Shown here one piece after another: positions 29,601-38,793 of a stretch of DNA of 64,000 bases. Position numbers and translations under genes: made by a program. Within the stretch, counting starts at the first letter, position 1, and each line of letters starts with the position of its first letter. The stretch lies in IMG/VR virus record IMGVR_UViG_3300017971_000276, positions 8,928 to 72,927 of that record. One strand, written 5' to 3'. The DNA comes from a virus. Below the pieces are notes generated by a model. It was not told the origin of the DNA and did not search any database. It saw only the letters and a list, made by a program, of their open reading frames with translations.

Positions 29601-31045
29601 AGGCTAATTTTCTGCGCGAGCAAAGAGATCTTTTCCGGAAAGGCAAGACTATGACTGGTGGGATGTGGCGGCATCCAACTACTGGCCCTGAATCTTTTCA
29701 GTTTGTAAAGTTTAAGAAAGATGCTCGTATTGCAAATGGCATGGTTGCTGCACCAACACAATTTGGCAAGCTTCAATTCCAAAGTGGAGAAAATCTTCCT
29801 GTCGATGTATCTGCTATGGTTGGTTTTAAAGGTGACTTCGATAAAGATACATTCGTTCTGTCTGCTATCTCTAATAGACGAACGAGCGACATGGCTCGTC
29901 GCTCAATAGATAACAAAATGAGAGCAGATTATTCTAAATATTTGTTTAACCATTATTCAATGAAAGATGCTATTGATGGCCGAGTTGGAAAGAAAGCAAT
30001 TCTAGACATGACTTCTGATCAAGCTCTTCAAGAAGGTTACAGAAGATTATCCACTGCTAAAACAGCGACAGGACGTGTAAATATTGCTTTGCAAAAACTT
30101 AAAATTGGTGTTCAGAGTTCGGCTCCTGAACAATATCGTCCTTTGGCTGAAATGTTTTGGCATCTTGAAGAAGCTGCTATTAGTGGCAAGCATGGTGTTC
30201 TTAGCTCTGATTTATATCAAGCTATTGCTCAGTCTGTAGAAGAAGGTGGGCCTTCAGGAATCTCTCGAATGGAAAATGTAATGAGAGAGTTAATGGGAGA
30301 GGAAAGAACTATTTCTGGGACAATTACAGATGCTTTTGGCAACGTTCGGCAACATTCTTTAGAGTATAATCCTCGTCAATGGGCTGAGATGGCAATTGCT
30401 TCACATGATGCTGTAAGCCAAGATGTAGATATTGCCATGAGATCCGTTGCAGCTGCGAGGGGAAGGAACCTTGACCAAAGAACTTTAAGTGATCTTGTAG
30501 AAATGTATCATGCCCGTAGAACTGGGTCGGTTGATTTTGCACAAGCGGTCATGGAAGCTAATGCTGCGAATGCAGATCAGTTTACAACTAAAGGGACTCG
30601 TCTTCTTAGAAAAGCACAAATTAAAACAAGGAGTGTGTTTAGTGCAGTTAAGAGAGCAGGAAAACCATTGTTAGCAGGAGCAGGGATTGCAGCAGGAGTT
30701 ATGCTTATGGCTCCCAGTACATCTGGAACACTTAGATCCCCTGAAGGCTCAAGCGCTGGCAGAGGAATGACTCCTGATGATTATGGTCCTCCTGGTGGCC
30801 AAGGCATGCTACCTCCACCTCCTGGAATGAATGCTTCTCCAAGGGCTTACGATCTGGGTGGCGGCAAAATGACTTCTCATGCTAATATAAGAATGCGGAT
30901 TAATGATCTTGACTCCTCGTCTAGAGATTTTATGAGAAGCGCTAGGCAGCTTAGCAATGGAGGTCAAGTTAATATTAGAACCCGAGACGACAGGTCTATT
31001 CTTGACCCCCGAATGCTTGCCAATAAGATCCATGAGAGGCTGTAA
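26642..31045 (+). CDS. Tape-measure-like protein 2 containing a putative single-chain two-barrel (beta/beta'-like) RNA polymerase
   Basis: Ordered motifs EEGVIS, KFFSEENK, IEAVFSG, GGAGRWGSFE, RGKIIGS, RHPTT, GFKGDFDKD, TAKTATGRV, AISGKHG; hydrophobic segments at both ends. Confidence 0.7.
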   Translation: MPFNNDERSPLWGLAAGGALAGGVGYAFLKNRSSLARAWKMGSQDVTGPPSGLIDEIAGFQTGKIPVAQGAIFDEAMEATAASFERRVGLTSAKQDIQAAAYEAILGGGQASHEEAISAIKNIYAQENATGAYRAAVDVIGQQGGDIATFESRFGAFATTTDRASMLAGTEVSLGGYGEMPISSTLLRNLPEEAQQRALAHQKHIGQVAAGKFDVSWDYKVVKDIIGGKEIETPMAIVSAGKQRLGEIPLASTGLTYSGKGLASRHFTRRGYMAGGTQLSFAELYERNITDAISKAHTHAELKQNVLNSHRILIEQMNDRDSSRRAAAVFGSPFMAPGGLAQKRLMTYEAVPYEQLDPEDIENLLGSKTGLYPYTSPGAAGKGTLTTRNVSEELFGPLGRLVSAEQRPTQFIRPEWGVTAEAKGEARGFAGLFGQKYQRFDRKIQGARYRSYLYGGKGASALDPGAYSAPQLTTFYAKPATKGYGLGYQSEALNKILAAEEGVISGNVTNMMEYERVVQKKIALDEGLRVNKDLLRQFQDRRLGAGPIQLEGALPSGFMGIERGTGREVAGEIIGAELTGKNEANIFLRERKQLSENQMWKFFSEENKFMAAAASEGRMTEVLEAAGAERAIAGQQIEAVFSGKLVARNKMALITQQTEAASMFLGQKLDMGAIQMTPQIQAFLNDPSAALDVAGKMRHGGANADIQIQKSLMGLTKGWGFSNRELGLTFGLAPEEALESGVLTARQRMAVRESAGVIGLGKGRLGDIATEGGAGRWGSFEQTGFRALSMKGEVGQRYAYELSRRISGKGELDPANKMIESLLGEEGMIAGLRRGQVPNITDIGAKELVQQEGRYVGLGQKIKAFGGSDVMYVPGLSEAPGIMEDIITPRGERVRSPLVREMTSFQSLLRRGKASSEEIELAAESLRKIAVQTSEAQAAARGKIIGSKVLTGMRRTFEEDADAFRISGQMGEEMFEDLMGRAATEEQANFLREQRDLFRKGKTMTGGMWRHPTTGPESFQFVKFKKDARIANGMVAAPTQFGKLQFQSGENLPVDVSAMVGFKGDFDKDTFVLSAISNRRTSDMARRSIDNKMRADYSKYLFNHYSMKDAIDGRVGKKAILDMTSDQALQEGYRRLSTAKTATGRVNIALQKLKIGVQSSAPEQYRPLAEMFWHLEEAAISGKHGVLSSDLYQAIAQSVEEGGPSGISRMENVMRELMGEERTISGTITDAFGNVRQHSLEYNPRQWAEMAIASHDAVSQDVDIAMRSVAAARGRNLDQRTLSDLVEMYHARRTGSVDFAQAVMEANAANADQFTTKGTRLLRKAQIKTRSVFSAVKRAGKPLLAGAGIAAGVMLMAPSTSGTLRSPEGSSAGRGMTPDDYGPPGGQGMLPPPPGMNASPRAYDLGGGKMTSHANIRMRINDLDSSSRDFMRSARQLSNGGQVNIRTRDDRSILDPRMLANKIHERL

Positions 31046-31048
31046 TAA

Positions 31049-34000
31049 ATGACTGATTCTGATACACTAAAACAATTTAGCGACTATAGAATAGGGACTA
31101 GAGATCGTGAAGATTATGAAGAAGGATTTGGTTTGTATGATGATTGGGCACTAGGAGTCTCAGATCCTAATTTGCCTGACGGGACAAACAGCAAAGAGCT
31201 ATTAGAAGAAGCTATTAATTCTGTCACTCCACAAGATGTATTTACTACTTCTAGTTTTTCTACTTTTCCAGATAGCTTTTTGATTGTTAATGATATTTAT
31301 TTTACTGATGTTCCTACAGCCGCTATATCTATTGATTCTCAAACAGATGTTTTTGTTGGCGAGACTCTAAGGTCTCCTGCTCCAGTAATTGATTCTGAAG
31401 GTCGTCAAGATTTTGTCTTAAGGCTCAGTCTTCCCTTCCCTCCTGGGGAAGCACAATCTATTAAGCTTAAAAGACTAGTCTCTCAAATCTCAAAACATCC
31501 ATTCTTGTTTATTTATAATAACAATATTAAACAAAAACTAGATGTTCCTGAAAATGAATCTACTGTTTTTGTGCTAGAGGCAGCAACATTACGTTCTACT
31601 CAAGAGACTGTTGGCCTTATCGTGTTAGATATGCAGTTGCATTATTTTAACTACAAGCCATTTAGTAAGCATTATTATTTTAATACTGCTCTTCCTGGAT
31701 ATACAGAAGAACCAGATCAAGTTTCTAGGCATGAAGATATAGAAATTGATCTTACTGAATTTGGCGGATATGAAGCTTCTGAGCATACAATATCTAAGCT
31801 TGCTGACCGAACAAGAAATAATATTCGACAAGGTATTAAAAACTTAACCAGAACTAAAAGGGAAAATGTTCCCGTTAATATGCCATCAGAGTCTGACGCA
31901 TGGATGTATTTTGCTAATCATCTTGAGACTCAAAGTGAAGCTATTACAGGAATCCCTTCTGACTATATTGGTTTTACTCTTAGAGAGTATATGCATTTTA
32001 ATCCACCTGATTCTAAATATGCAGACGGAGAGAGCACATTAGCTGACTTAATGAACTCTCGCTATGAAGAGGTAAGTCCTCTTTATCGTGCAGACAAATG
32101 GCAAGAAGCTCTTGCAAAGAAACATGATGAAGAAACTAAATATAGTGTAGAAGGGACAACTGCACAAGAGAGACGTTACCAAGAAGAGATAGACCTTTCT
32201 CTCGAAGGGGATATTACTGCTCCTGTTAAATTTACTAACCCTCGTGGCCAAAAATTAACTATTCAACTTCTTGATGAGAATGGGAATGTGCCAACGAATG
32301 CCAGATATGAACTTACAAAGTTTGCAGACAGAAGGAAACTGACAAAAGATGAAGCAGTCTTCCTCTCCCCTGATTTGATCCGCAAACTTGCTCTTGTCGC
32401 GAAACATTTCTCAGGAAGAACAATTGAAATTATTTCAACACAAAGAGATCCAGGATGGGTGAAGAAACGAATTCCTCGACCATCTAATTGGAAGCCTAGT
32501 TATCATATCCAAGGCAAAGCGATAGACTTTCGGGTTAGAGGCATTCCTAACCAATCTCTGTATGAATATATAAAAACATTACCGAATACTGGCGCTGGGT
32601 TTTATCCCAATTCTGTCTTCTGTCATATGGATGCACGAAACAGTAGTTTTTTCTGGGTTGATTTATCTGGCAAAGGCGAAAACTCGAACTATGCACTAAA
32701 GACAAATAATGTAAGAGAACTTAATAAATACCTAAATGATCATTATCGTCTCGCAGGAGATTCTGTTTCCTCAGAAATTGATTCAGATATTGAAGAGATT
32801 GAGTCTAATTTAGGCACAGACAAAGACAGGGAAAAACAGGCTAAAGATATTGCACAACAGAAAGGCAATGTAGCTGATTTAATAGAGAGACAGAAAGAGC
32901 TAAACAAGCACAAAACAGAAGCTGACTATCAAAAAGCACAACATCGTAAAGAACAAAAGACAGAGAAGAATAAAAATGACAGAATGGCATGGATTGAAAG
33001 TATTGAAAAACAACACGGAGTCCATTATTATTACGATGATCCAAAAGTAAGAAATGTTTTTTATAGAGATATGGGTCTAAATATTTCTAGTGATCCTACT
33101 GTCCAAAGATCAGGAGCTGCATTAAAAAACATGGTGTGTTCTGCAATCTCTGTATCCTTTGGGCATCGAATTGCTCCAATCCCTCTTCTTAGTCAGTCTT
33201 TCTATACTTATCAATTTTTGGGATCCGGTAACAAAAGTGGGCAGATTGTGCTAACTTTTGCAGGTGAAGAAGGCAAGACGTCTGCCCAATTGGTTAAGCG
33301 GTTAATTTGGAAAGCTAGAGATAACGCCAGAGACTTTACATCTGTGATTAAGAGTGTTGGATCAATTGGCTTAGAGCATACTGCTTTTGGAACAGGCGAA
33401 CAGAATACAATCATGGCTCTTGCTAATATTGATAATATTGTTGTAACAGATATCAAAGAGTCTAATTCCCCAGAAGGCGCTGACAAGCATCAATTGGTTA
33501 TTGAATTTATTGCTCAAGAATTTGCAGAAGAGAAACTTGAAGAAAGGTTTACTACTACTTTAGATACGAAGAAGAGAATAATTAGAGCAATATTACAACA
33601 TGTAAAATCAAGACAACCAAAAAATGCCTTGTCTGGGGCAGTTCAACATAGAGCAGGTCGTTCGACAGATCCATTAGACCTAAATGCAATCTTTGTTTCT
33701 CACGATCTTGTAAGTGCCAATACCTCTTCTGAAGGAAAACCTTACCGGCTTATTGGTGACACTCCTTTATGGGTTGCTAGATTGCTTGTAGAGGCAGCAA
33801 ACATTTGCAAGGAAGCTAATGATAAGATGCCTCCTGTTAATTGGCAGGTTTCAAAAGGGGCTAGTGCAACATGGCAAGAAGTATATAAAGCTTGGGGCGC
33901 TGGCAGTATCATGCGTGGCAAAACAGCTAATATCGATTCTTCTGAACGGAACGCTACTGGTATTCAAGCAGCTATAGATCAACCAGATATTGACCGTCAA

Positions 34001-37000
34001 AATAATACGGCTAGGGAATATTCAAAAGATAAAGACAGTGCCTCTTTAGTTGCTGATAGTGTTCAAGCATCTAGAACTCGTGAGCAAAATGGCATTTATG
34101 ATAAGAATGGAGGGCCAAAAACAAATAAGTTTCATAAGCAAGTTTTTGACGAATGGCTTTCTAAAATGAATCTTATTGTGAATGAGTTTAAGACTCATTT
34201 AAATGATGGAGAAATAGTTGATAAATATTTCTCTGGTGTTTTAGATAATCTGACAGCAGTGATAGCTGGAGATATTTCTTCTTGTTATCTAGATATCGGA
34301 TTGCCTAATGTTCCAGGAGCACCAGTTCCTTTGCCTCCAGAATTTTTCTTATATGATGATTCCCATGAAGATCCATTGGTTTCAAACATGACAGACGATA
34401 GCAATATGGAAAGGTTATTGAAACGACATGTCGAAACAGAGATGGCTTCAATCAAACATTATATAGATGAAAGTTTTCTTGGTGGTTCCTATTTGTCAAA
34501 GAACCTTCCGAGAATTCTAGAGCAGAGAGCCTCAGACCATGAACGTTTTGAAGGAGAGAGGAACTTTTCTACATACTATAACTATTTTACTCATGGAGCT
34601 AAGTCTTGGGAGCCTATATATACTCGTAGGGACGAACAAGATCCTGCTATTAAAGGTGTTCGTCAGTGGCTAGATTCCGTTGCGAGTCATTATGGCTCAG
34701 CCGATGACAAAGAACAAAGAATCAATTACCTGAAGAATATTATAGAGCTATCCCCTTATATCGCAAGCGGTAGGCATTGGGAGACTCCTCTAACTGAGCA
34801 AGACAATTCTGCTCTTGTAAGATCATTGTATAAAGATGCTGAAGACGTATTGGCCTTCGGGCCAAATCCGATTTATGGACATGTAGACGCAACAATGAGA
34901 GGACAGCTAGAAGATCCTGCAAACGAGCGCAGAGCCCAGGCAATTGAGAATAAAAAAGCTGTTGAAGCTATGAAGAAACCAATTCCTCCTCAATACAAGG
35001 CAGGGCTATTCCTTACTGGCAAACATGGTGAAGGGCCAAGAGAATCAATGGAGCTTCCAGGACGTACAGTCCTTGCAGATGGTGCAGTTACGTTTGGTCA
35101 AACAGAAGCAGAGAAGAAAGATAGCAAACCAAGTTTCTTTGATGAGCTTGTTCAAATGGGTAAAGATTTTGCAGATGCAGATTCTTCTGGTGCAGTTGGC
35201 GGGTTTGTGTTGAATGCACTGTCTGGCGGTAGTAGCCTTGGTGGCTCCTTGTCAGGATTGTACCAAGGCTCGAAGATTGTAGAGAAGGCAGCAGGAGCTA
35301 TTGATGCATATGCATTAGATGCAGGAGCTGCTAAATATGATCATGCTTTCTCAAAGATGGCACAAGAAGATGAGATAAAACAAATTGCTCAAACGGCTAG
35401 CCGAACTGCTCTTGGACGTAGGCGAAATGATCTGTCTATGAGAAGAGCCTATCCTACTTTTAAAATATATTTTATCGAAGATGATAGTGGAGAGACTGAA
35501 TTAATTGATGACGGCATCCTGAGGGCTTTTGATGACTTCTATAGTTATTCTGCCATCCAAGAAATCAAAGTTACTCGTTCTAGACATATTGCTGCAGACA
35601 TGGCTGTCATTAGGATGACAAATATTGGAGGCCTCTTATTAAGAAAACGCTTTGGAGAGAATGATAAAGACTTAACGAAGTATGGTATCAATGCAGAGAA
35701 ACAAGGAATCTTTGCAGATACAGAGCGAGAACATCCTTTTGAAAAGATGATTCTACAGGACGGTATTAAAGTTCAAATCCGTTTGGGTTATGCTGCTAAC
35801 CCAGAACATCTTGAGACTGTTTTCCTTGGCCAAATTGTAGAGGTAGGGCTTGCTGAGAGAGGAAAGATAATTGAGATTGCTTGCCAGGGATATGGTGCAG
35901 AATTAGAATCTGTTGAACTTGGCCCCCTAGAGAATGGAAAGTATTTCTTGTCTTCTCAACAAGTGTTGTCTGGTGCGATCATACAAGATTCTATTGCTAA
36001 TTTTGGAAGACAAGATAGATTCAATCGAGACAACCCTGCTGCTATGCGTCATTCTTGGACTGGAGGCCGAGCGACCGGATTCTTTAGTGGGTTGAGTCCT
36101 TCTAATATTCATGAAGAGTGGTCGGACAGAGGTTTAGAAACTATTTTCAATAGATACCAGTTCTTAAACTACCAACAAGATGACAATATTTATGCTCCTC
36201 CTCCTGAGACTTATTCTACTAGCTGGACTAAATTTTGGAACAATGCTTGTATCTATCGCCCGCTAAAACAAACTCCGTGGCAAATCTTCAAAGAACACGA
36301 GCTAAGACATCCTGGCTATATTTCTCTTGCTGTTCCTTATGGGCATTCTCCAAGAATGACAATGTTCTTTGGTAGTAAAATGCAACATTATTGGAGCAAG
36401 CCTCCTTCTTCATTAGAAATTGAATTAGCACGTGGAGCCAAGAACGATATTGTTCGGATGAGGAAACAAGGTCTTGAATTGTTTGAGAAAGGCATGGTTA
36501 AAGAACTTGTAAAATTTGTTGGCAAGTCTCCTAAATTAGGGGCAGCTATCTTTAACGATGTTATGACTATTGGTACTAGATATGATACCGGTTTCGCTAT
36601 TGGCGAATTATTTGGTAGATATGTCCCGTTCCGTAATTATCATTATTTTGATAGCTATCATCATATCTTAAAAAACAATATCCGATCTTCAGTTGATGGT
36701 ACATTTAATGAAGTTGAGATATATTACACAGAGGATGAGAATGATATCATAGACCCAGACAGAGACGATCTGGAAGAGAATGTCGCTTCTGTCGCTAGGG
36801 GATATGAAGGTTTGCTGGCAGTTAAACTAGATGAAAATATTCCAGAATCTGCTATTCGTTCTTTCCGTGGTGAATATCCCTCTTGTGTTACTGTTGATAT
36901 GGCACGAAGATATGCTCAAGGCATCTTTGGAAGAACATTAAGAGATGCTTACAAAGGGGAACTTTGTGTTATTGGAGACGAGAAGCTTAAGCCATATGAC

Positions 37001-37525
37001 GTGTGTTATCTCAATGATGCTTCAATCAACATGACTGGTCCAATTGAAGTAGAATCTGTAACACATATCTTCAACAGAGACAATGGTTTCGTTTCTATTA
37101 TTACTCCAGATCTTTGTTTAGAAGTAAATGATTATTATACTTCTAGTGTCTTTGATGTAACTGCTTCTGCTATGAACTTTACTTTTGCAGACTGGGTTAC
37201 TGGTGCGAATATATTAAAAGGCGTTGGTTTTCTTGGGTTGCTTGCTGGTGTAAAATTTATGACATGGACACAAGATGGCGCTCCTGTTGTGGCAACGCCA
37301 CTTACATTAGGCGGAAAGCCCTTTATAAGCAATTCTCTTGGTCCAAATAGAGTTTCATTGTTCTTCTCTCTAATGGGCAAGTGGAATCAATATTGGGATG
37401 ATCTTGGTGATGCATGGAGAAAATTTGATGTGTCTGAAGCTTTCTTCGAAAACAGAGTTAATCTAGTTAAGGGATTCTATGAAGCCCTTGGTTCTGGTGC
37501 ACAAGGAGGATTAGAGGAGGCGTAA
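31049..37525 (+). CDS. Giant baseplate hub / tail-associated lysin with peptidase M15 (YcbK/MepK-like) domain
   Basis: 2158 aa. SYHIQGKAIDF...GAGFYPNSVFCHMDAR is an H-x6-D...H Zn motif. Hub-like C-terminal motifs: VQIRLGY...VFLGQIVEV..IEIACQGYG and YKGELCVIGD..LKPYD. Confidence 0.8.
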   Translation: MTDSDTLKQFSDYRIGTRDREDYEEGFGLYDDWALGVSDPNLPDGTNSKELLEEAINSVTPQDVFTTSSFSTFPDSFLIVNDIYFTDVPTAAISIDSQTDVFVGETLRSPAPVIDSEGRQDFVLRLSLPFPPGEAQSIKLKRLVSQISKHPFLFIYNNNIKQKLDVPENESTVFVLEAATLRSTQETVGLIVLDMQLHYFNYKPFSKHYYFNTALPGYTEEPDQVSRHEDIEIDLTEFGGYEASEHTISKLADRTRNNIRQGIKNLTRTKRENVPVNMPSESDAWMYFANHLETQSEAITGIPSDYIGFTLREYMHFNPPDSKYADGESTLADLMNSRYEEVSPLYRADKWQEALAKKHDEETKYSVEGTTAQERRYQEEIDLSLEGDITAPVKFTNPRGQKLTIQLLDENGNVPTNARYELTKFADRRKLTKDEAVFLSPDLIRKLALVAKHFSGRTIEIISTQRDPGWVKKRIPRPSNWKPSYHIQGKAIDFRVRGIPNQSLYEYIKTLPNTGAGFYPNSVFCHMDARNSSFFWVDLSGKGENSNYALKTNNVRELNKYLNDHYRLAGDSVSSEIDSDIEEIESNLGTDKDREKQAKDIAQQKGNVADLIERQKELNKHKTEADYQKAQHRKEQKTEKNKNDRMAWIESIEKQHGVHYYYDDPKVRNVFYRDMGLNISSDPTVQRSGAALKNMVCSAISVSFGHRIAPIPLLSQSFYTYQFLGSGNKSGQIVLTFAGEEGKTSAQLVKRLIWKARDNARDFTSVIKSVGSIGLEHTAFGTGEQNTIMALANIDNIVVTDIKESNSPEGADKHQLVIEFIAQEFAEEKLEERFTTTLDTKKRIIRAILQHVKSRQPKNALSGAVQHRAGRSTDPLDLNAIFVSHDLVSANTSSEGKPYRLIGDTPLWVARLLVEAANICKEANDKMPPVNWQVSKGASATWQEVYKAWGAGSIMRGKTANIDSSERNATGIQAAIDQPDIDRQNNTAREYSKDKDSASLVADSVQASRTREQNGIYDKNGGPKTNKFHKQVFDEWLSKMNLIVNEFKTHLNDGEIVDKYFSGVLDNLTAVIAGDISSCYLDIGLPNVPGAPVPLPPEFFLYDDSHEDPLVSNMTDDSNMERLLKRHVETEMASIKHYIDESFLGGSYLSKNLPRILEQRASDHERFEGERNFSTYYNYFTHGAKSWEPIYTRRDEQDPAIKGVRQWLDSVASHYGSADDKEQRINYLKNIIELSPYIASGRHWETPLTEQDNSALVRSLYKDAEDVLAFGPNPIYGHVDATMRGQLEDPANERRAQAIENKKAVEAMKKPIPPQYKAGLFLTGKHGEGPRESMELPGRTVLADGAVTFGQTEAEKKDSKPSFFDELVQMGKDFADADSSGAVGGFVLNALSGGSSLGGSLSGLYQGSKIVEKAAGAIDAYALDAGAAKYDHAFSKMAQEDEIKQIAQTASRTALGRRRNDLSMRRAYPTFKIYFIEDDSGETELIDDGILRAFDDFYSYSAIQEIKVTRSRHIAADMAVIRMTNIGGLLLRKRFGENDKDLTKYGINAEKQGIFADTEREHPFEKMILQDGIKVQIRLGYAANPEHLETVFLGQIVEVGLAERGKIIEIACQGYGAELESVELGPLENGKYFLSSQQVLSGAIIQDSIANFGRQDRFNRDNPAAMRHSWTGGRATGFFSGLSPSNIHEEWSDRGLETIFNRYQFLNYQQDDNIYAPPPETYSTSWTKFWNNACIYRPLKQTPWQIFKEHELRHPGYISLAVPYGHSPRMTMFFGSKMQHYWSKPPSSLEIELARGAKNDIVRMRKQGLELFEKGMVKELVKFVGKSPKLGAAIFNDVMTIGTRYDTGFAIGELFGRYVPFRNYHYFDSYHHILKNNIRSSVDGTFNEVEIYYTEDENDIIDPDRDDLEENVASVARGYEGLLAVKLDENIPESAIRSFRGEYPSCVTVDMARRYAQGIFGRTLRDAYKGELCVIGDEKLKPYDVCYLNDASINMTGPIEVESVTHIFNRDNGFVSIITPDLCLEVNDYYTSSVFDVTASAMNFTFADWVTGANILKGVGFLGLLAGVKFMTWTQDGAPVVATPLTLGGKPFISNSLGPNRVSLFFSLMGKWNQYWDDLGDAWRKFDVSEAFFENRVNLVKGFYEALGSGAQGGLEEA

Positions 37526-37965
37526 TGGCTGAAAAATTTGCAGGACATAGTGTTTTTGGTAGCCGTCTTAATCAAATTGTCAGCAAGACTGATCACCTTG
37601 ATGTGGGCAGATTTAAAACTGCTCGTGCTATCCTTAGAGAGTCCTACAATGGACTGTATGTTTTCCGTATGGATCTCCTTAGTCCTGATGGGGAAGTCGT
37701 AAGAAGAACAGGTCCAATTCCAGTAATTGGTACAGAGGACCAGCTCGCTGCATCATACGGAAGTCCACAGAATATGGTTGGCCTTGAAGATGAAGTTTGG
37801 GAGGCTATTATTTTTTATCATGGGACTACAGTCAGTAACGGCATTGCTCTAATCACAAGAAGGCTACATCAGTTAGAAGGCGGAAGATTTGAAGCTACTA
37901 CCATTGCTAATGAATTAGTTGCTCGTGGAGCTGCATATGCTCCTCCTGGTTCTGGTATGATGTAA
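37525..37965 (+). CDS. Hypothetical baseplate-region protein
   Basis: 146 aa, TAATG-coupled, GAGG SD. Confidence 0.6.
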   Translation: MAEKFAGHSVFGSRLNQIVSKTDHLDVGRFKTARAILRESYNGLYVFRMDLLSPDGEVVRRTGPIPVIGTEDQLAASYGSPQNMVGLEDEVWEAIIFYHGTTVSNGIALITRRLHQLEGGRFEATTIANELVARGAAYAPPGSGMM

Positions 37966-37993
37966 TGGTATAATAAGCAAGAAGGAGTTTCTT

Positions 37994-38341
37994 ATGGCAG
38001 ATCCAAAAATATTAAAAGTGAATCCATCCTCAAAAGCAGGGATCGTTGTTTCTGAGAATACGGTTAGGTCGACTGTAAATGAAGACAATGGTATTATGAT
38101 TGACGAGAGAGGGACAACAATCACAGGCCCAATGAGCATTGCCGCAAGTCCAAATCAAATTAGAGTAGGAGGCTTGTTCACTTTTCAAAATTCAATTTCT
38201 GGGATGCTGCCATCTACTATTGCGACTCCTTCGCCTATGTATATGGTAGACCCGCCAATTAAACAAGTCCAAAATCTTGTGCAGCAAGTTGCTATTATGG
38301 GAGCAATGATTGGCGGAACAATTGCTATAGGAGCTGCATAA
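37994..38341 (+). CDS. Hypothetical baseplate protein (possible spike-related beta-strand repeats)
   Basis: 115 aa, AAGGAG SD, short beta-strand pattern. Confidence 0.5.
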   Translation: MADPKILKVNPSSKAGIVVSENTVRSTVNEDNGIMIDERGTTITGPMSIAASPNQIRVGGLFTFQNSISGMLPSTIATPSPMYMVDPPIKQVQNLVQQVAIMGAMIGGTIAIGAA

Positions 38342-38344
38342 TAA

Positions 38345-38785
38345 ATGGCTCAAATTTATGATAGAACAGATCTTACTTGGTCTCGCAGAGGAGATTTAGC
38401 TATCGGTCATAATGGAGACATTATGGATACTTATGAAGATCCTCTTCGTTCTTTGTATCAAGAGATTAGGACTAGAACGATGTCTGTTCTTGGAGACTGG
38501 AAGAACTACCCAGACTTGGGAGCCAACCTAGAAGATTTTGTTGGCGAACCAAATTCAAAACGCACAGCAGAAGCTATTAAAATTAGGATTGTTGCCTCTA
38601 TTACCCGCAATGGGCTTGTTAATAATTCTGATCTTAATGTAAAATATACACCAATTGATATCGATAAGATTATGTTTAGGATATCTGTAAAGGTTGCTCC
38701 TACCGCACAGAATGGCGGTAGCAATTATCTCGGAATAAACTTCTTATATGACTACTCCGAAAATCATGCATACTTTGTTAGTTAG
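38345..38785 (+). CDS. Baseplate wedge protein, gp25/W-like
   Basis: GDL..NGDI, Q.IR.R..S..GDW..YPDLGANLEDFVGEPN; directly upstream of baseplate J. Confidence 0.8.
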   Translation: MAQIYDRTDLTWSRRGDLAIGHNGDIMDTYEDPLRSLYQEIRTRTMSVLGDWKNYPDLGANLEDFVGEPNSKRTAEAIKIRIVASITRNGLVNNSDLNVKYTPIDIDKIMFRISVKVAPTAQNGGSNYLGINFLYDYSENHAYFVS

Positions 38786-38793
38786 GAGTTAAT

